DNA of 64,000 nucleotides from Anaerolineae bacterium. GTDB taxonomy: Bacteria; Chloroflexota; Anaerolineae; UBA1429. The stretch's first letter is position 1. Every line of letters starts with the position of its first letter. The notes beneath the pieces are model-generated. The model ran no database searches, was not told the DNA's origin, and saw nothing but the letters and a program-made list of their open reading frames with translations. A program made the position numbers and the translations under genes. The DNA lies in NCBI GenBank assembly GCA_963675785.1, contig OY776562.1:1472001-1536000 (forward strand). Direction: 5' to 3'. Shown one piece after another: positions 1-10,900 of the stretch.

Positions 1-220
1 TCGGCGAGGTTGAATCGGAAATGTTCAAAATCACCAATCGCGGACCTACGCCTAAATAGGCATAGTTTCCTTCCACAAATACCCCAGACGAAGACCCCCC
101 TATTTGCCCTACTAGCTCTACATTCTCAGTCTCTTCTGCCACACTGACGCCGGGCAGCAGAGCAAAGAACAAAGCCATAGTAGCTATCACAAAGAACAAT
201 CGTCGGGTTGGGGTCATCAT
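1..220 (-). CDS. LVIVD-repeat secreted protein, N-terminal part (runs off the window)
   Basis: Manual translation from ATG at 220: MMTPTRRLFFVIATMALFFALLPGVSVAEETENVELVGQIGGSSSGVFVEGNYAYLGVGPRLVILNISDSTSP. It has a signal peptide and clearly parallels the N-terminus of the 436..2637 protein. Confidence 0.85.
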   Translation of the reverse strand, partial: MMTPTRRLFFVIATMALFFALLPGVSVAEETENVELVGQIGGSSSGVFVEGNYAYLGVGPRLVILNISDSTSP

Positions 221-359
221 GTCCCTTTCACTGCCTATTGAGTAAAATCGTTACTCTATTATCCTTATTATAGTCGTCTTTTAACGTATTACACGCTAAA
301 GAGCTAAAGGGGGCCTCTATTGAGCACTTTTTCCCCGATGTATATGCTTTTTGATAACA

Positions 360-410
360 AAAAAGAGGAGGAGCGTCAGCTCCTCCAGGGGCCTTGGCTC
401 CTCCTCTAAA
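360..410 (-). terminator. Intrinsic terminator after the LVIVD gene
   Basis: On the minus strand: GGAGGAGC-tgac-GCTCCTCC followed by a T-run. Confidence 0.65.
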
Positions 411-435
411 TACTGCCACCCTATCAGCGCTTCAC

Positions 436-2637
436 TCAGCGCAGAATCAGCGGGATAAACGCCTGTGATCCTGGCGTGGGTGTAGCCGTCGGTCTAAATA
501 TACTCGTCGCGGTAGCATTGGGCATAGTCGTAACATTTGGCATAACCGTGGGTGCAAAAGTAGCTGTAGGTACAAATGCCTCAGTAGCAGTTGCTGTAGC
601 TGTAGCAGTAGCAGTTGCTGTAAATGTGGCAGCAGTCGTCGCTGTGGCCGTTGCTGTAGACGTAAGTGTAAATGTAGCAGTAGACGTTGCTGTGGCAGTC
701 GACGTTGCCGTAGCAGTTGATGTAGCCGTAGGCGTAGGCTCATCCTCAGCCAAACGCAGAATCACCAAGCCTCCATCATAATCTAGCACATAGGCATAGT
801 TATCTAAAACCACCACGTCCATCGCGTATCCCGGTGTATCGCATACCGTTACTCGCGATGGGCGATAAGGATTGTTTACATCTATAACCACTAATCCCTC
901 GTGCCCATCAGCAACATAAGCGTATCCATCCGAAACAGCAACACCTTGAGCATCACCTTGAGTATCATAACGGCCGGTAAGTACGGGACTGTCCGGATGG
1001 CTCACATCACTTACGTCAACAATTATAAGGCCTGTGGAAATATCCGCCACATAAGCAAAATCCCCTTGTACGACGATATCCTTTGCCGCTCCCTCCGTAG
1101 CATACGTGCTTTTCCAACGCGGTGTAGTTGGATCGTTTATATCATAGATCCCAAATCCGCTTATCTGCGCAGCGCCATAGAGGTATCCGTTACTAATATC
1201 TAAACAACAACCACGAAATGAAGTCGGTGAATCTACAAAAACTGGCAAAGTCGGTTCACGTACATCTATAATCTCGGAAGCTTCTCCATAGGGGTCGTTA
1301 TATCCTGTTGCATAGATATAACCTTCAAACAGCCCAATTTCGCGTATAGGAAATGATGTACTATATACGCCCATCTGAGTTATCTCATTCGGATTACTTA
1401 TATCAAGTATCTCAAGATTAGAATCCTCACCAACATAAGCTCTAGTTTCATCTACTATTACGCAGGCAGCATATCCCAATGTATCGTAAGTTCCTAAAGT
1501 AAGAGGCATACTCAGGTCGCTCAAATCCATGATTTCAAGGCCATCGTAGCCCCTGGCAATATACATTCTATCTGCTGTACAAAATACACTCTGGGCACGC
1601 GATTTTGCTTCATAGCTTCCGACCAGCAAGGGTGTAACTGGATCATGTAAATCCACGACCTCAAGTCCCTGAAACAACCTAGCATCAGGATAAAGATCAG
1701 CAATTGCCACATACGCATGGTTATCTGAGTATGCCAACTCCCTTGCTGTACCAAAAGTAGAATAAAGTCCTATAGAAACAGGCATTGTTGGATCACTAAT
1801 ATCAATAATCTCAAAGCCATCTTGTCCCTCGACAACATAAGCATAGCTTCCGGCAATCGTTACATTGCTTGCCTTCCCCTCTGTATCACATGTCCCAACT
1901 ACATTTGAATAGTTATTAACATCAATTATACCCAAACCATCCTCGCCAAGAGCCAAATACGCGTAATTCTCATCAACAGTAACACTGCAAACGTTGTCCC
2001 AATTCGTCAGGTATGTAGGCCCAGATAGATTGGTCAAATCATACAAACCGATAACACAAAGTCCATATTGACCATCCACAACATACGCATGATAACCATT
2101 TACCGCGACATTTACTGCATAGCCTGATACTTCACGCGATCCTAGCTTGACCAAGTAATTTGGATTCCGAGCATTGAAAACCGAGAAACCCTGTCGCCCT
2201 TCCGCTATATAGACATAGTCATTTGCCACGAACACATCGTTAACTCCTACAGCAGTATCTGAGGTGGCATAATTACTGATAAAAGCCGGCTGACTTTTAT
2301 CGCTCACATCAAGAACGAAAAGTCCATCATATTCAGCAGCTATATATGCATAATCTCCACTCACTTGGATACTTATTCCCACACCCGGCAAAACTGGGGA
2401 TTCTCCTACTAGATAGGGTGAAGAAGGGTCAGAAATATCAAGGATAATTAGCCGAGGGCCTTTACAAACAAAAGCATAGTTCCCCACTACAGAAACGGCG
2501 TTAATATTCCCTCCCATCTGTCCCACTATTTCTACACTTCCGGCAGATGGTTCTGCGGCTGTCATCCCCTCTGGCAACAAAGTTGTTAGCAACATCCCAA
2601 GCAACAAGATAACTCCAATTTTTTGCCAGCTTGACAT
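436..2637 (-). CDS. LVIVD-repeat (beta-propeller) secreted protein with Thr/Ala/Pro linker and C-terminal FIPLILR tail
   Basis: Many YAYVA..GL.IIDIS.P repeats, a signal peptide (MSSWQKIGVILLLGMLL...), and a TATATAT linker. Start moved to ATG 2637, which follows a GAGGGGAG RBS. Confidence 0.9.
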   Translation of the reverse strand: MSSWQKIGVILLLGMLLTTLLPEGMTAAEPSAGSVEIVGQMGGNINAVSVVGNYAFVCKGPRLIILDISDPSSPYLVGESPVLPGVGISIQVSGDYAYIAAEYDGLFVLDVSDKSQPAFISNYATSDTAVGVNDVFVANDYVYIAEGRQGFSVFNARNPNYLVKLGSREVSGYAVNVAVNGYHAYVVDGQYGLCVIGLYDLTNLSGPTYLTNWDNVCSVTVDENYAYLALGEDGLGIIDVNNYSNVVGTCDTEGKASNVTIAGSYAYVVEGQDGFEIIDISDPTMPVSIGLYSTFGTARELAYSDNHAYVAIADLYPDARLFQGLEVVDLHDPVTPLLVGSYEAKSRAQSVFCTADRMYIARGYDGLEIMDLSDLSMPLTLGTYDTLGYAACVIVDETRAYVGEDSNLEILDISNPNEITQMGVYSTSFPIREIGLFEGYIYATGYNDPYGEASEIIDVREPTLPVFVDSPTSFRGCCLDISNGYLYGAAQISGFGIYDINDPTTPRWKSTYATEGAAKDIVVQGDFAYVADISTGLIIVDVSDVSHPDSPVLTGRYDTQGDAQGVAVSDGYAYVADGHEGLVVIDVNNPYRPSRVTVCDTPGYAMDVVVLDNYAYVLDYDGGLVILRLAEDEPTPTATSTATATSTATATSTATFTLTSTATATATTAATFTATATATATATATEAFVPTATFAPTVMPNVTTMPNATATSIFRPTATPTPGSQAFIPLILR

Positions 2638-2797
2638 GAAAGCTCCCCTCACCTGAATATGTGCCTTCGCAAACACCCTGATCAGATAGTGAAACGCAAG
2701 TATTATACTGCTTATCGTATTCTAAACAATGCTGTTGCTTAAATTTGCCTTAGTTATTTCAATTTGCATATAATTACTTTTTATCTGGTATTGCCCA

Positions 2798-2850
2798 CAA
2801 AAAAGGAGGAGCTTGCGCTCCTCCAAGAGCCTGCACCCCTCCTCTCTCCT
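2798..2850 (-). terminator. Intrinsic terminator after the heparinase-like gene
   Basis: On the minus strand: GGAGGAGC-gcaa-GCTCCTCC followed by TTTTTT. Confidence 0.7.
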
Positions 2851-2860
2851 GCCATTCCCC

Positions 2861-4744
2861 CTACGCCGGACGAACCACCAGCGTATAGGCCGCAGTATCC
2901 GCTTCTGTGTGCAGCGAGAACACCGCGCGATAGAGCGTATCGCCCCAGTCGTTGCGCATGATGGGGTCAACCAATGGCAAAGCCTCCAGGCGCACGTCCA
3001 GCAGAGCAGCGTCATAGCAGATGCGGCCGAATTCGCTGAGGGCCAGCACGCCAGGCTCCGCGACGGTCATGGGCAGTGGCGAATGCAGCCAGACATCCAA
3101 GTCGATACCCGACTGGCTACAGGCGATGGCATCGGTGATCGAAACAGAACGCGCCTCCCAATCGACCACCGCCGTGCGCACCAGCTTTTTCAGGTCCGCC
3201 TCAGCAGGGTACGCGCCAGCGATATCCTCGCTAAAGGTGTACACGCGCCCCCGGGGGTCATACACCACCTGGCTGGCGGCGTGCTCCGCGCCGGGGGCCT
3301 GCTCGCAGCCGTTCACCATGGGCACATTGTGGCCGCGCGAGCCGATATACCAGTGGGTATACCGCTCAGGGCCAAAGGTCGAGCGGGTGTAGGTTTCACT
3401 GCCGGGATCCACAATCAGGGGACGACTATCACTCATGACGATGAACTGGCCCACGTCGTTATGGTTGTGGTTTTCGCCGTTGTGGCCCCCCTTGATCGCA
3501 AAAACCAGCCCCTTGCCCCACTGCTCGAATTCGCGCAGCACCGCCACCTGCAGATCGGGCAGGTAGCGCTCGGTGGGCCGAGGCAGGCCCTGCGGTGCGG
3601 CATCGCCGGGTACCCAAAAGAGCTCTTGCAGGTGGAAAAGCAGGTCGCCGCCGTTAATGTTCTCCTGCAGTAGAGGCGAGACCTCGCCCTTGGGATCGCC
3701 TCCGCGCAGCACCATGCCAACCAGCTCTTGCATGAGGGCATTGCCGGTGCGGGTGCCAAAGTGGTACACGTTGCCCTCGCGAAAGCGTGGCTTGATGGGC
3801 GCATCGGCAAAGTTCACAAAGTAATCGGCATCCAGGTTGACGGTGACCATGTAATCGCCCATGGCCACGATAAGTGGTTCGCTATAAATATCGACGGCCC
3901 CATCCGTGGCGACGTACATGAACTCGAGCAGGTTGAACATGGCGCCAGCGGCCACGCCCCAATAGCGCGGTCCTTCATTGCAGCCGCCGTCGGGCGGATA
4001 GCGATCGATAAAGCGATCAGTGATGGTCATGAGCTTGCGCGCCATAGCCGCCACACGGTCGGCGTCCTCCCAAATGGCCAAGGCAGCGATGAGCGTGTTC
4101 GAGCAGCACCAGGGCGTCCAGTTGCCATTGCCGCTCATCCAGTGAATGTCCTCCCGTGCCTCGATGGGTTCCAACACTTGGACGTTCATCTGCTGGCGCA
4201 TACGCTCGGTAACCACCGGCGAAACCGCATCCAGTTGTGGCCCTACCAAGCGGTAGATCAACCCCAGGATCGCGGCAGTCTCGCAGGCAAAGAGATCCAC
4301 CGCTTGATTGGCCGTATCCAGGCTGGGCAGCACACCCTCGGACCCCTTGGTGCTGTGCGCCGGAATGATCCAGGTGGTCTCTTCACAAATAACCCAAATG
4401 CCGTTGATGATCTCGTCGATAAAGCGACCCTTCATCTCAAAAGCTTCGGCCAGCACCAGTACTGCCAAGCGCTGTCGCCGCTCAAAATAGGGCTCTTCAT
4501 AATCGCGACGGTTGCCGTTGCGCCCGAAATCCATATAGCGTTCGGCGGGCAAGAACGGCCAGGGCTGCCCCAGGGCGGCTTCGGCACGGGCCACCAACCG
4601 CGCCTTGCGCGCCTGATTCAGTGGATGAGCCAGCAGCCCCTCCCAGGCAGCGCGGTCAGCGGCCGGCGGAAAGGCAAACCAATCCTGCGGACTGCGCAGG
4701 CTGGCACAGATGTCATCGACAGTGTAACGCTCAAGCAGTTTCAT
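2861..4744 (-). CDS. Heparinase II/III family polysaccharide lyase-like protein
   Basis: Motifs NWTPWC, DGGCNEGPRYW, KGGHNGENHNHNDVGQF, DPGSETY and HNVPMVNG; GGAGG-like RBS. Confidence 0.85.
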   Translation of the reverse strand: MKLLERYTVDDICASLRSPQDWFAFPPAADRAAWEGLLAHPLNQARKARLVARAEAALGQPWPFLPAERYMDFGRNGNRRDYEEPYFERRQRLAVLVLAEAFEMKGRFIDEIINGIWVICEETTWIIPAHSTKGSEGVLPSLDTANQAVDLFACETAAILGLIYRLVGPQLDAVSPVVTERMRQQMNVQVLEPIEAREDIHWMSGNGNWTPWCCSNTLIAALAIWEDADRVAAMARKLMTITDRFIDRYPPDGGCNEGPRYWGVAAGAMFNLLEFMYVATDGAVDIYSEPLIVAMGDYMVTVNLDADYFVNFADAPIKPRFREGNVYHFGTRTGNALMQELVGMVLRGGDPKGEVSPLLQENINGGDLLFHLQELFWVPGDAAPQGLPRPTERYLPDLQVAVLREFEQWGKGLVFAIKGGHNGENHNHNDVGQFIVMSDSRPLIVDPGSETYTRSTFGPERYTHWYIGSRGHNVPMVNGCEQAPGAEHAASQVVYDPRGRVYTFSEDIAGAYPAEADLKKLVRTAVVDWEARSVSITDAIACSQSGIDLDVWLHSPLPMTVAEPGVLALSEFGRICYDAALLDVRLEALPLVDPIMRNDWGDTLYRAVFSLHTEADTAAYTLVVRPA

Positions 4745-4865
4745 GCTCTTATTCCTCCTCGGTTCCAGCAGACGGGGGCATTGTGCACGGGGTTTGTGGC
4801 GGGGTCAAGGGGAAAACAAAATTTACGCAAAAGCCTTTCCTTGACGTTTTTTTACGCTATCTGAC

Positions 4866-4894
4866 TTGAAATGTTTAGATATATCGAATAAATT
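4866..4894 (+). promoter_or_regulatory. Possible sigma70-type promoter for the Rhs locus
   Basis: TTGAAA-17 nt-TAAATT in the AT-rich intergenic region before ATG 4949. Confidence 0.3.
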
Positions 4895-4948
4895 CGTTTT
4901 ATCAGGGATATTTAACAATATGCTACATACATCGCCAAAGGGGGCATT

Positions 4949-7900
4949 ATGTCACTTCAAAGAGTTCTTTTATCTCTCGTGCTCATCCTCTCTTTCCTAG
5001 TAAACCCCATATCCGTGATTGCTGATAATAACCAACCTTCTGAAGAATCTATGAGTATTGCAAGCCCGACTGTGGATCCACAAGATACAGAAACCGCCCC
5101 TGAGCAAATACCCGCAGAATTCGATGACCTACCAGAGGATATAATAGCTCCTACTGATCAATCCTCATGCGACGCGACCCTCAAGCTAGAAGCCTCTAGC
5201 ACCACGGTAACGCCAGGAGATACCATCGAACTTTCTTTTGGCCTCTCCTTTGTAACCGAAACCACCCCTGGACAACTAGAAATTGTGCTTCCTAAGGGTG
5301 TATCTGCGAAAGAGCCCTTGATATGGGACATCTCGGAAGATTACGCGCAAACGGTTCAAGTCCAGATAACTGAGGATATCCTCGATCTTGACGAGTTATC
5401 GCTTACCTTTACCCCCAACGACTATGCCTGGCAGCTCGAAGAATCGATCTATTTGACCTGCCTAGGTGAACGTCAGAGTTACATCTTGCAGGATCAAAAG
5501 TCAGTCACCACATCCAATGATCGTTTGGGCGTAGATTTTGGCAAAGCCGATCTTGCCGACTTGTACGTAGAGGTACAGCCTCTTTCCATCGCTCCCTATT
5601 CGGCGCAAACCTCTGATGAAATGCTCTATACCGTAGAGGTAGATGCCTGGTCGTCGGGAGAAAAGGACGCTGCGCTGACCTCTTTTGAGACACCCGTCAC
5701 AATGCGCATCAATATGGATGGCATTGTCGATATTGCCGATTTGCCCACTTATCAGGCCATATTCGCTGGCTATCTCGATGAGGAAACGGGTAAATGGGAG
5801 ATCCTTCCTGCCCACCGCGAGGGCAATACAGTCACCTTTGAGACTAACCACTTTTCGATTTTTGGCGTGGGTACGGTGGACGTGCCAACTACGGGCTGGG
5901 CTCTGGCTTATAACGAGCCTCAGGTCTCGTTGTTCAGCGGCGGCATGACCTATTCCTATCCCATTGAGCTAGTAGCAGGCCGCAACGGCGCCACACCGGA
6001 TGTAACCCTCACCTACAACAGCCGACGTGTCGATGGCATCCTCACCTGGGTGCAGAGCGACTGGGTGGGCATGGGCTGGACGCTCGATACGATGGAGATC
6101 GTGCGCAAGATCACGCCAGACTATGCGCCCGCTTCTTCCAACTATATGGATTATTCCTGGTTGTGGGGCTACACCTACTGGGAAAACGAGTTCGTGCTGA
6201 TGTACCAGGGTACGGCGTACACCTTGATACCACAACAAAGTAATCGTGCTTACGGATTGTACTCTTGCGAAGACGAACAGTTCCTCAGGATTCAGCGCTT
6301 TAGCAACGTTACCGGATGTACTGGAAGCTCGGCTAACGCAACCGGTGAATACTGGATCGTTACGACAAAAGATGGCACTCAGTACCAATTGGGATACAAC
6401 GCTGACTCTGAACAAACAGTGAGCATGAACTCCAGCATCTATCAAGTACCCGCCAACCCCAACGAAAGCAACTATGCTGGCCAGGTTAGCGGCAAAGTGA
6501 CCTATCGCTGGCGGCTGGACAAGATAACCTATCTCAATGGAGAACGCATCACTTACGAGTACGCCGAATCAGCTATTACCAGCGGCAGCGCCCAGCGTGA
6601 ATACGCCAGCTATTTGACTGCGATTCGCTACAACTATACGAACTCTACCAGCTACAACAACAGCGTGCTCTTTGACCGCGCCCTGCGCAGCAGCGATAGC
6701 GTTGGCGATACCGATACCAGCACCGATTACTACTATCAGGATTACTATTTACGGGGCATCCGGGTGCAATCTTGGAATACCAGCACCCAGGGCTATGAAA
6801 CGATACGTGAATACCGCCTCAGCTATCAAAAGCAGGCCGTCAACTCGGGAGAGCACGATCCCCATCTGCGCCTGCTGACCAGCATCCAGGAATACGGACG
6901 CGGCGGATATGGAAGCAGTTCGTCTTTGCCCGCCACAACCTTTAGCTACACGCGATACGAGAACAAGACAGCCTGTTCCACCTGTACCCACTGGTTCGTG
7001 CCCACGCAGGAATGGCAACAAGAGTGTTTCCGCTATAGTCGACTGACTGCCATCAACAACGGCTATCATGGGACGACAGAGCTTGGCTATGAAACACCCG
7101 ATAGTGGTTGGTGGCATGCCCAAAACTATCGTGTCATAACGACGACCGTTAGCGACGGTCAGGGGGGCGGCTATCGGTACGCCTACTGCTATCCCTCCGC
7201 GCTGACTGACAGAGGTTACGACCTCGATGATACCTATGGATGTGACTATTACTCCTCCGGTGAGGAAACAGGAGACACACTCGTAGGTTATCATTGGGTA
7301 ATAGTGGATACGCAAGATATCAGTGGAAATACTTTGAGTAAATCCTCAACCGAATTCCGTATGAACTCTACGGCGAATCCAGATCGTTCAGTAGGAAGAG
7401 TTTATGTACTTATCGACTATGTTGAGACTGCTACAGGCTGGCTGACCTACAACAAGCAGATCAACACTTACACGACAAATACAACAACTTTCTCGAGCGG
7501 TGCCAGCTCATATTTCGTTGGACAATCCCAAGCAACGTATTATCGCTATGACGATGGATCTGAAAGGCACTGGGCCACACAATACTGGTACGACAATTAC
7601 GGAAATGTATCACAAATCCGCGAGTACAGCGACTTTGACGTCGAAACCCTCTATCGGTGCACGTATATCAATTATGCCTATAACACGGGCAGTTGGATCG
7701 TCTCGCTACCCTGTTCAACCGAAGTGTTCAACGGTTTCATGTCCCAGATCAGTGGCACCTATATCTATTATGACAACACTACCACTCTAGGTGCTGCTCC
7801 TAGTCAGGGTTTGGTAACCAAGACCGCTCGCTGGAATGGTACAGTACAACAGCAAACTACTGAACAGATACGCTACATTACCGTAGCTGGAGGCATCTCG

Positions 7901-10900
7901 GTTCCAGACCGTACGACAGATGCCCATGATAAACACACCACCGTAACCTACGCCCGCGACGGGTTAATCGTCACCAGCATCACCAACTCGGAAGGGCACG
8001 TCACAACTTATTCGTACGATCCAGGCACCATGCAAGTGACGAGGGTCAACGGGCCCAATACCGATGACAGCAACTGGGAAGCCAATCGCACTACCGCGCA
8101 TCTCCATGATATCACCGACTATCAATACGATGTCTTTGGACGACTGACGGCCATTATCGAACCTGGTGATACGCCATCCTACCCGACAAAGGTTATTACC
8201 TATAACGACACTGCGAACCCCTTGACGATTCGCACCTATCAGCGCATTGATTCCAACAGCTCTGCCACTTATAGCACCATCAGCGTCTACGATGGCCTGG
8301 GGAGGCTCATTCAGGAAAACAGCATCCCCTCAGATAACTCTAGTGCCATTGTTCATGCCTACACCTACTCACCCCTCGGGGTTGCCCGAGAATACGAACC
8401 TTTTTCCGCCAGTTACTCCACTGGCAAGATCACCATTCCCTCTGGCACGGCCTATACCTCGTACACGTATGATGATCTAGGACGGGTGACGGAGATCGCG
8501 TCTCCAGACGGCACCTCCACCACCTATGCTTACAAATCGACGAACACCACTTTCAAGACCATCTGCATCGATGCCAACGGCCATCAAACCATGACCGAAC
8601 AGGACATCTGGGGACACACAGTAGCCAGTCATGAGTATGAGGGAACATTCTCCACCCCTAACTGGAGCGCTAGCGCCTACAATACTGTGACCTATACCTA
8701 CGATGCGCTCGACCACCTTCTCAGTTCCGATGATGGCCCATCGGAAACGACCATGGAATATGATGATCTGGGGCGCAAAATCATGCTAGTCGATCCCGAT
8801 TTGGGGACATGGTACTATGCCTATGACACAATGGATCGCCTTATTGGCCAAGAGGATGCTCGAAATCAATGGACCTATTACTATTACGATGATCTAGGGC
8901 GTTTGATAGGGGAATATTGTCCACCTAGTACGCCGTCTCCCACTCTATTCAATCAAGGGAACTACAGCAATTCGCAGAGTCTCTGCACTGTAACATACCA
9001 TTACGACAACAATGATCCCGGGAATATGGGTGTGGGGCAATTACACTATGTAGAAAATGGGGATGGCTCTCACAGCTATGAATACGATGGCCGTGGTCGA
9101 GTGCTTACTGAGACAAGAGTCACTTACGACAGTAATCATAATGACGAATCTTCTCTATCTCTTAGAAGATTGCTTAACTCGGCTAACCAAATAACTTGCA
9201 AGCTGTTCACTGATCACTTTGATAGTCGTGCTTATATTTTTAACTTGTTCTACACCTATGATAACTACGGTCGTCTGGACACCATGGCGGACTCACAGTC
9301 AACCCCGGGTACCTCCAGCGCCGCCTACAATGCTTACGGACTCTTGGATACCCTTTCGGATTCGAAGACAATCTCTATCTCCAGCACCGATGATTACGAC
9401 GCTTACGCACGCCTAGTTCCCCCCCAACCGACTTCGACAATCTATGTCTCCAATGCTGATTATGACGTTTACGGACGCCTGACCAGCCTAGTCTACGGCA
9501 ACGGTACCAGTACAACATACACCTACAACAGCCCAACGGTAGACGGCGGACGACTGGCCTCCATCACCAGTGTCAAATACTTCCCAAGCACTTCCATTCA
9601 AAATCTAGTCTACGACTATGACAACGTCGGCAACGTCACCCAGATCATCAATCATTGTGCGCCCGGCGGTACCCAAACCACCAACTACACCTACGATGAA
9701 CTGGATCGACTATCAAGCGCCGTAGCTACCGGTGGCAGCAATACTTATAGTTATGCATGGACCTACGAACAGAACGGCAATATTGCCTCTCTGAATAGCA
9801 GTGCATGGAGCTACAACGCTGACCCTGACCACGGTGTCTCCACAGCCCAGGCAAGTAGTGCCAATTTTTCTCAGATCAATTATGGCTATGATCTGAACGG
9901 TAACGTAGTTTCCAGAAGTGTCCTTGCGACTTTGGGTGGAACAACTACCACCTACCAGTACAGCTATGACGAACAGAACGAGCTGGAGAGTATAACACGT
10001 AACAGTGCTTCTCTTGCCGCCTTTGGGGTGTTGGAGGGCGAATTACTCAAGAGTACTGTCAATGGCACCACCACCTACTATATCGGCAGCGATGCCGAAT
10101 ACAGCCAAGGCAGTAGCCTTGTTCGAACATACAATTGCTACTTTGGCGACCAGCTGGTGGCTGTGCAAGAGGTGGTCGGAAATCCTATATTCCCAAGTAG
10201 CACCAACCTCACCTATCTCTACCATGATCACCTGGGCTCCACCACTGTAGCCATCGACGCCACCACCAGCAAGGCCCAATACCTACCTTACGGCGGCCGC
10301 CTGGACAGCGTCGACCTGGGAACCAGCTACACCTACACCGGTCAACAAGCCCTCGACGGCCTGGACATCCTCAACTATGGTGCCCGCTGGTACGATCCCC
10401 TCACCGGCCGCTTTTTGCAGCCCGATACCATTGTGCCCCAGCCCTTCAACCCTCAGAGCTTGAATCGCTATGCGTACTGCTTGAACAACCCAATCAAGTA
10501 CACGGATCCTACGGGGCATGGTCCCTTCGAGGTGCTTGAGACTTTGGTGGGTGAGATAAACTACCTTGGAGTCGAAGAATATGAGATATTTGACATTATG
10601 AGTGATGGTGATCTTGCACTGGCTTCTCAGATCTTCTCTCTAGTAGAAGCCGCCGGCCTTGAGCAAATGACAAACTGGTACCTATCTAGAGATAGTTTAG
10701 CACGATCCCAATTGGGATGTGCCCTGTTTACCTACATCGCTTTCGGAGAAATGGGGAAACGAGCATCTTCTGCCAGTTTAGTATTCTGTGGCTCATTGGT
10801 CAGAGGTGCCGATGGTGGGCGGATTGCTGAAGAAAACCCCTGGGTTCCTGTGGGCACAATTGCGTTTAACGACAGATTGATTGAAGGAGAATTAGCCTCT

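Noticed and set aside
447-781. Low-complexity ORFs overlapping the LVIVD gene
   Set aside because: Alternative-frame and antisense readings of the TAT linker.
2813-4864. Long plus-strand ORFs (286 and 378 aa)
   Set aside because: Antisense shadows of the GC-rich heparinase-like gene, with no motifs.
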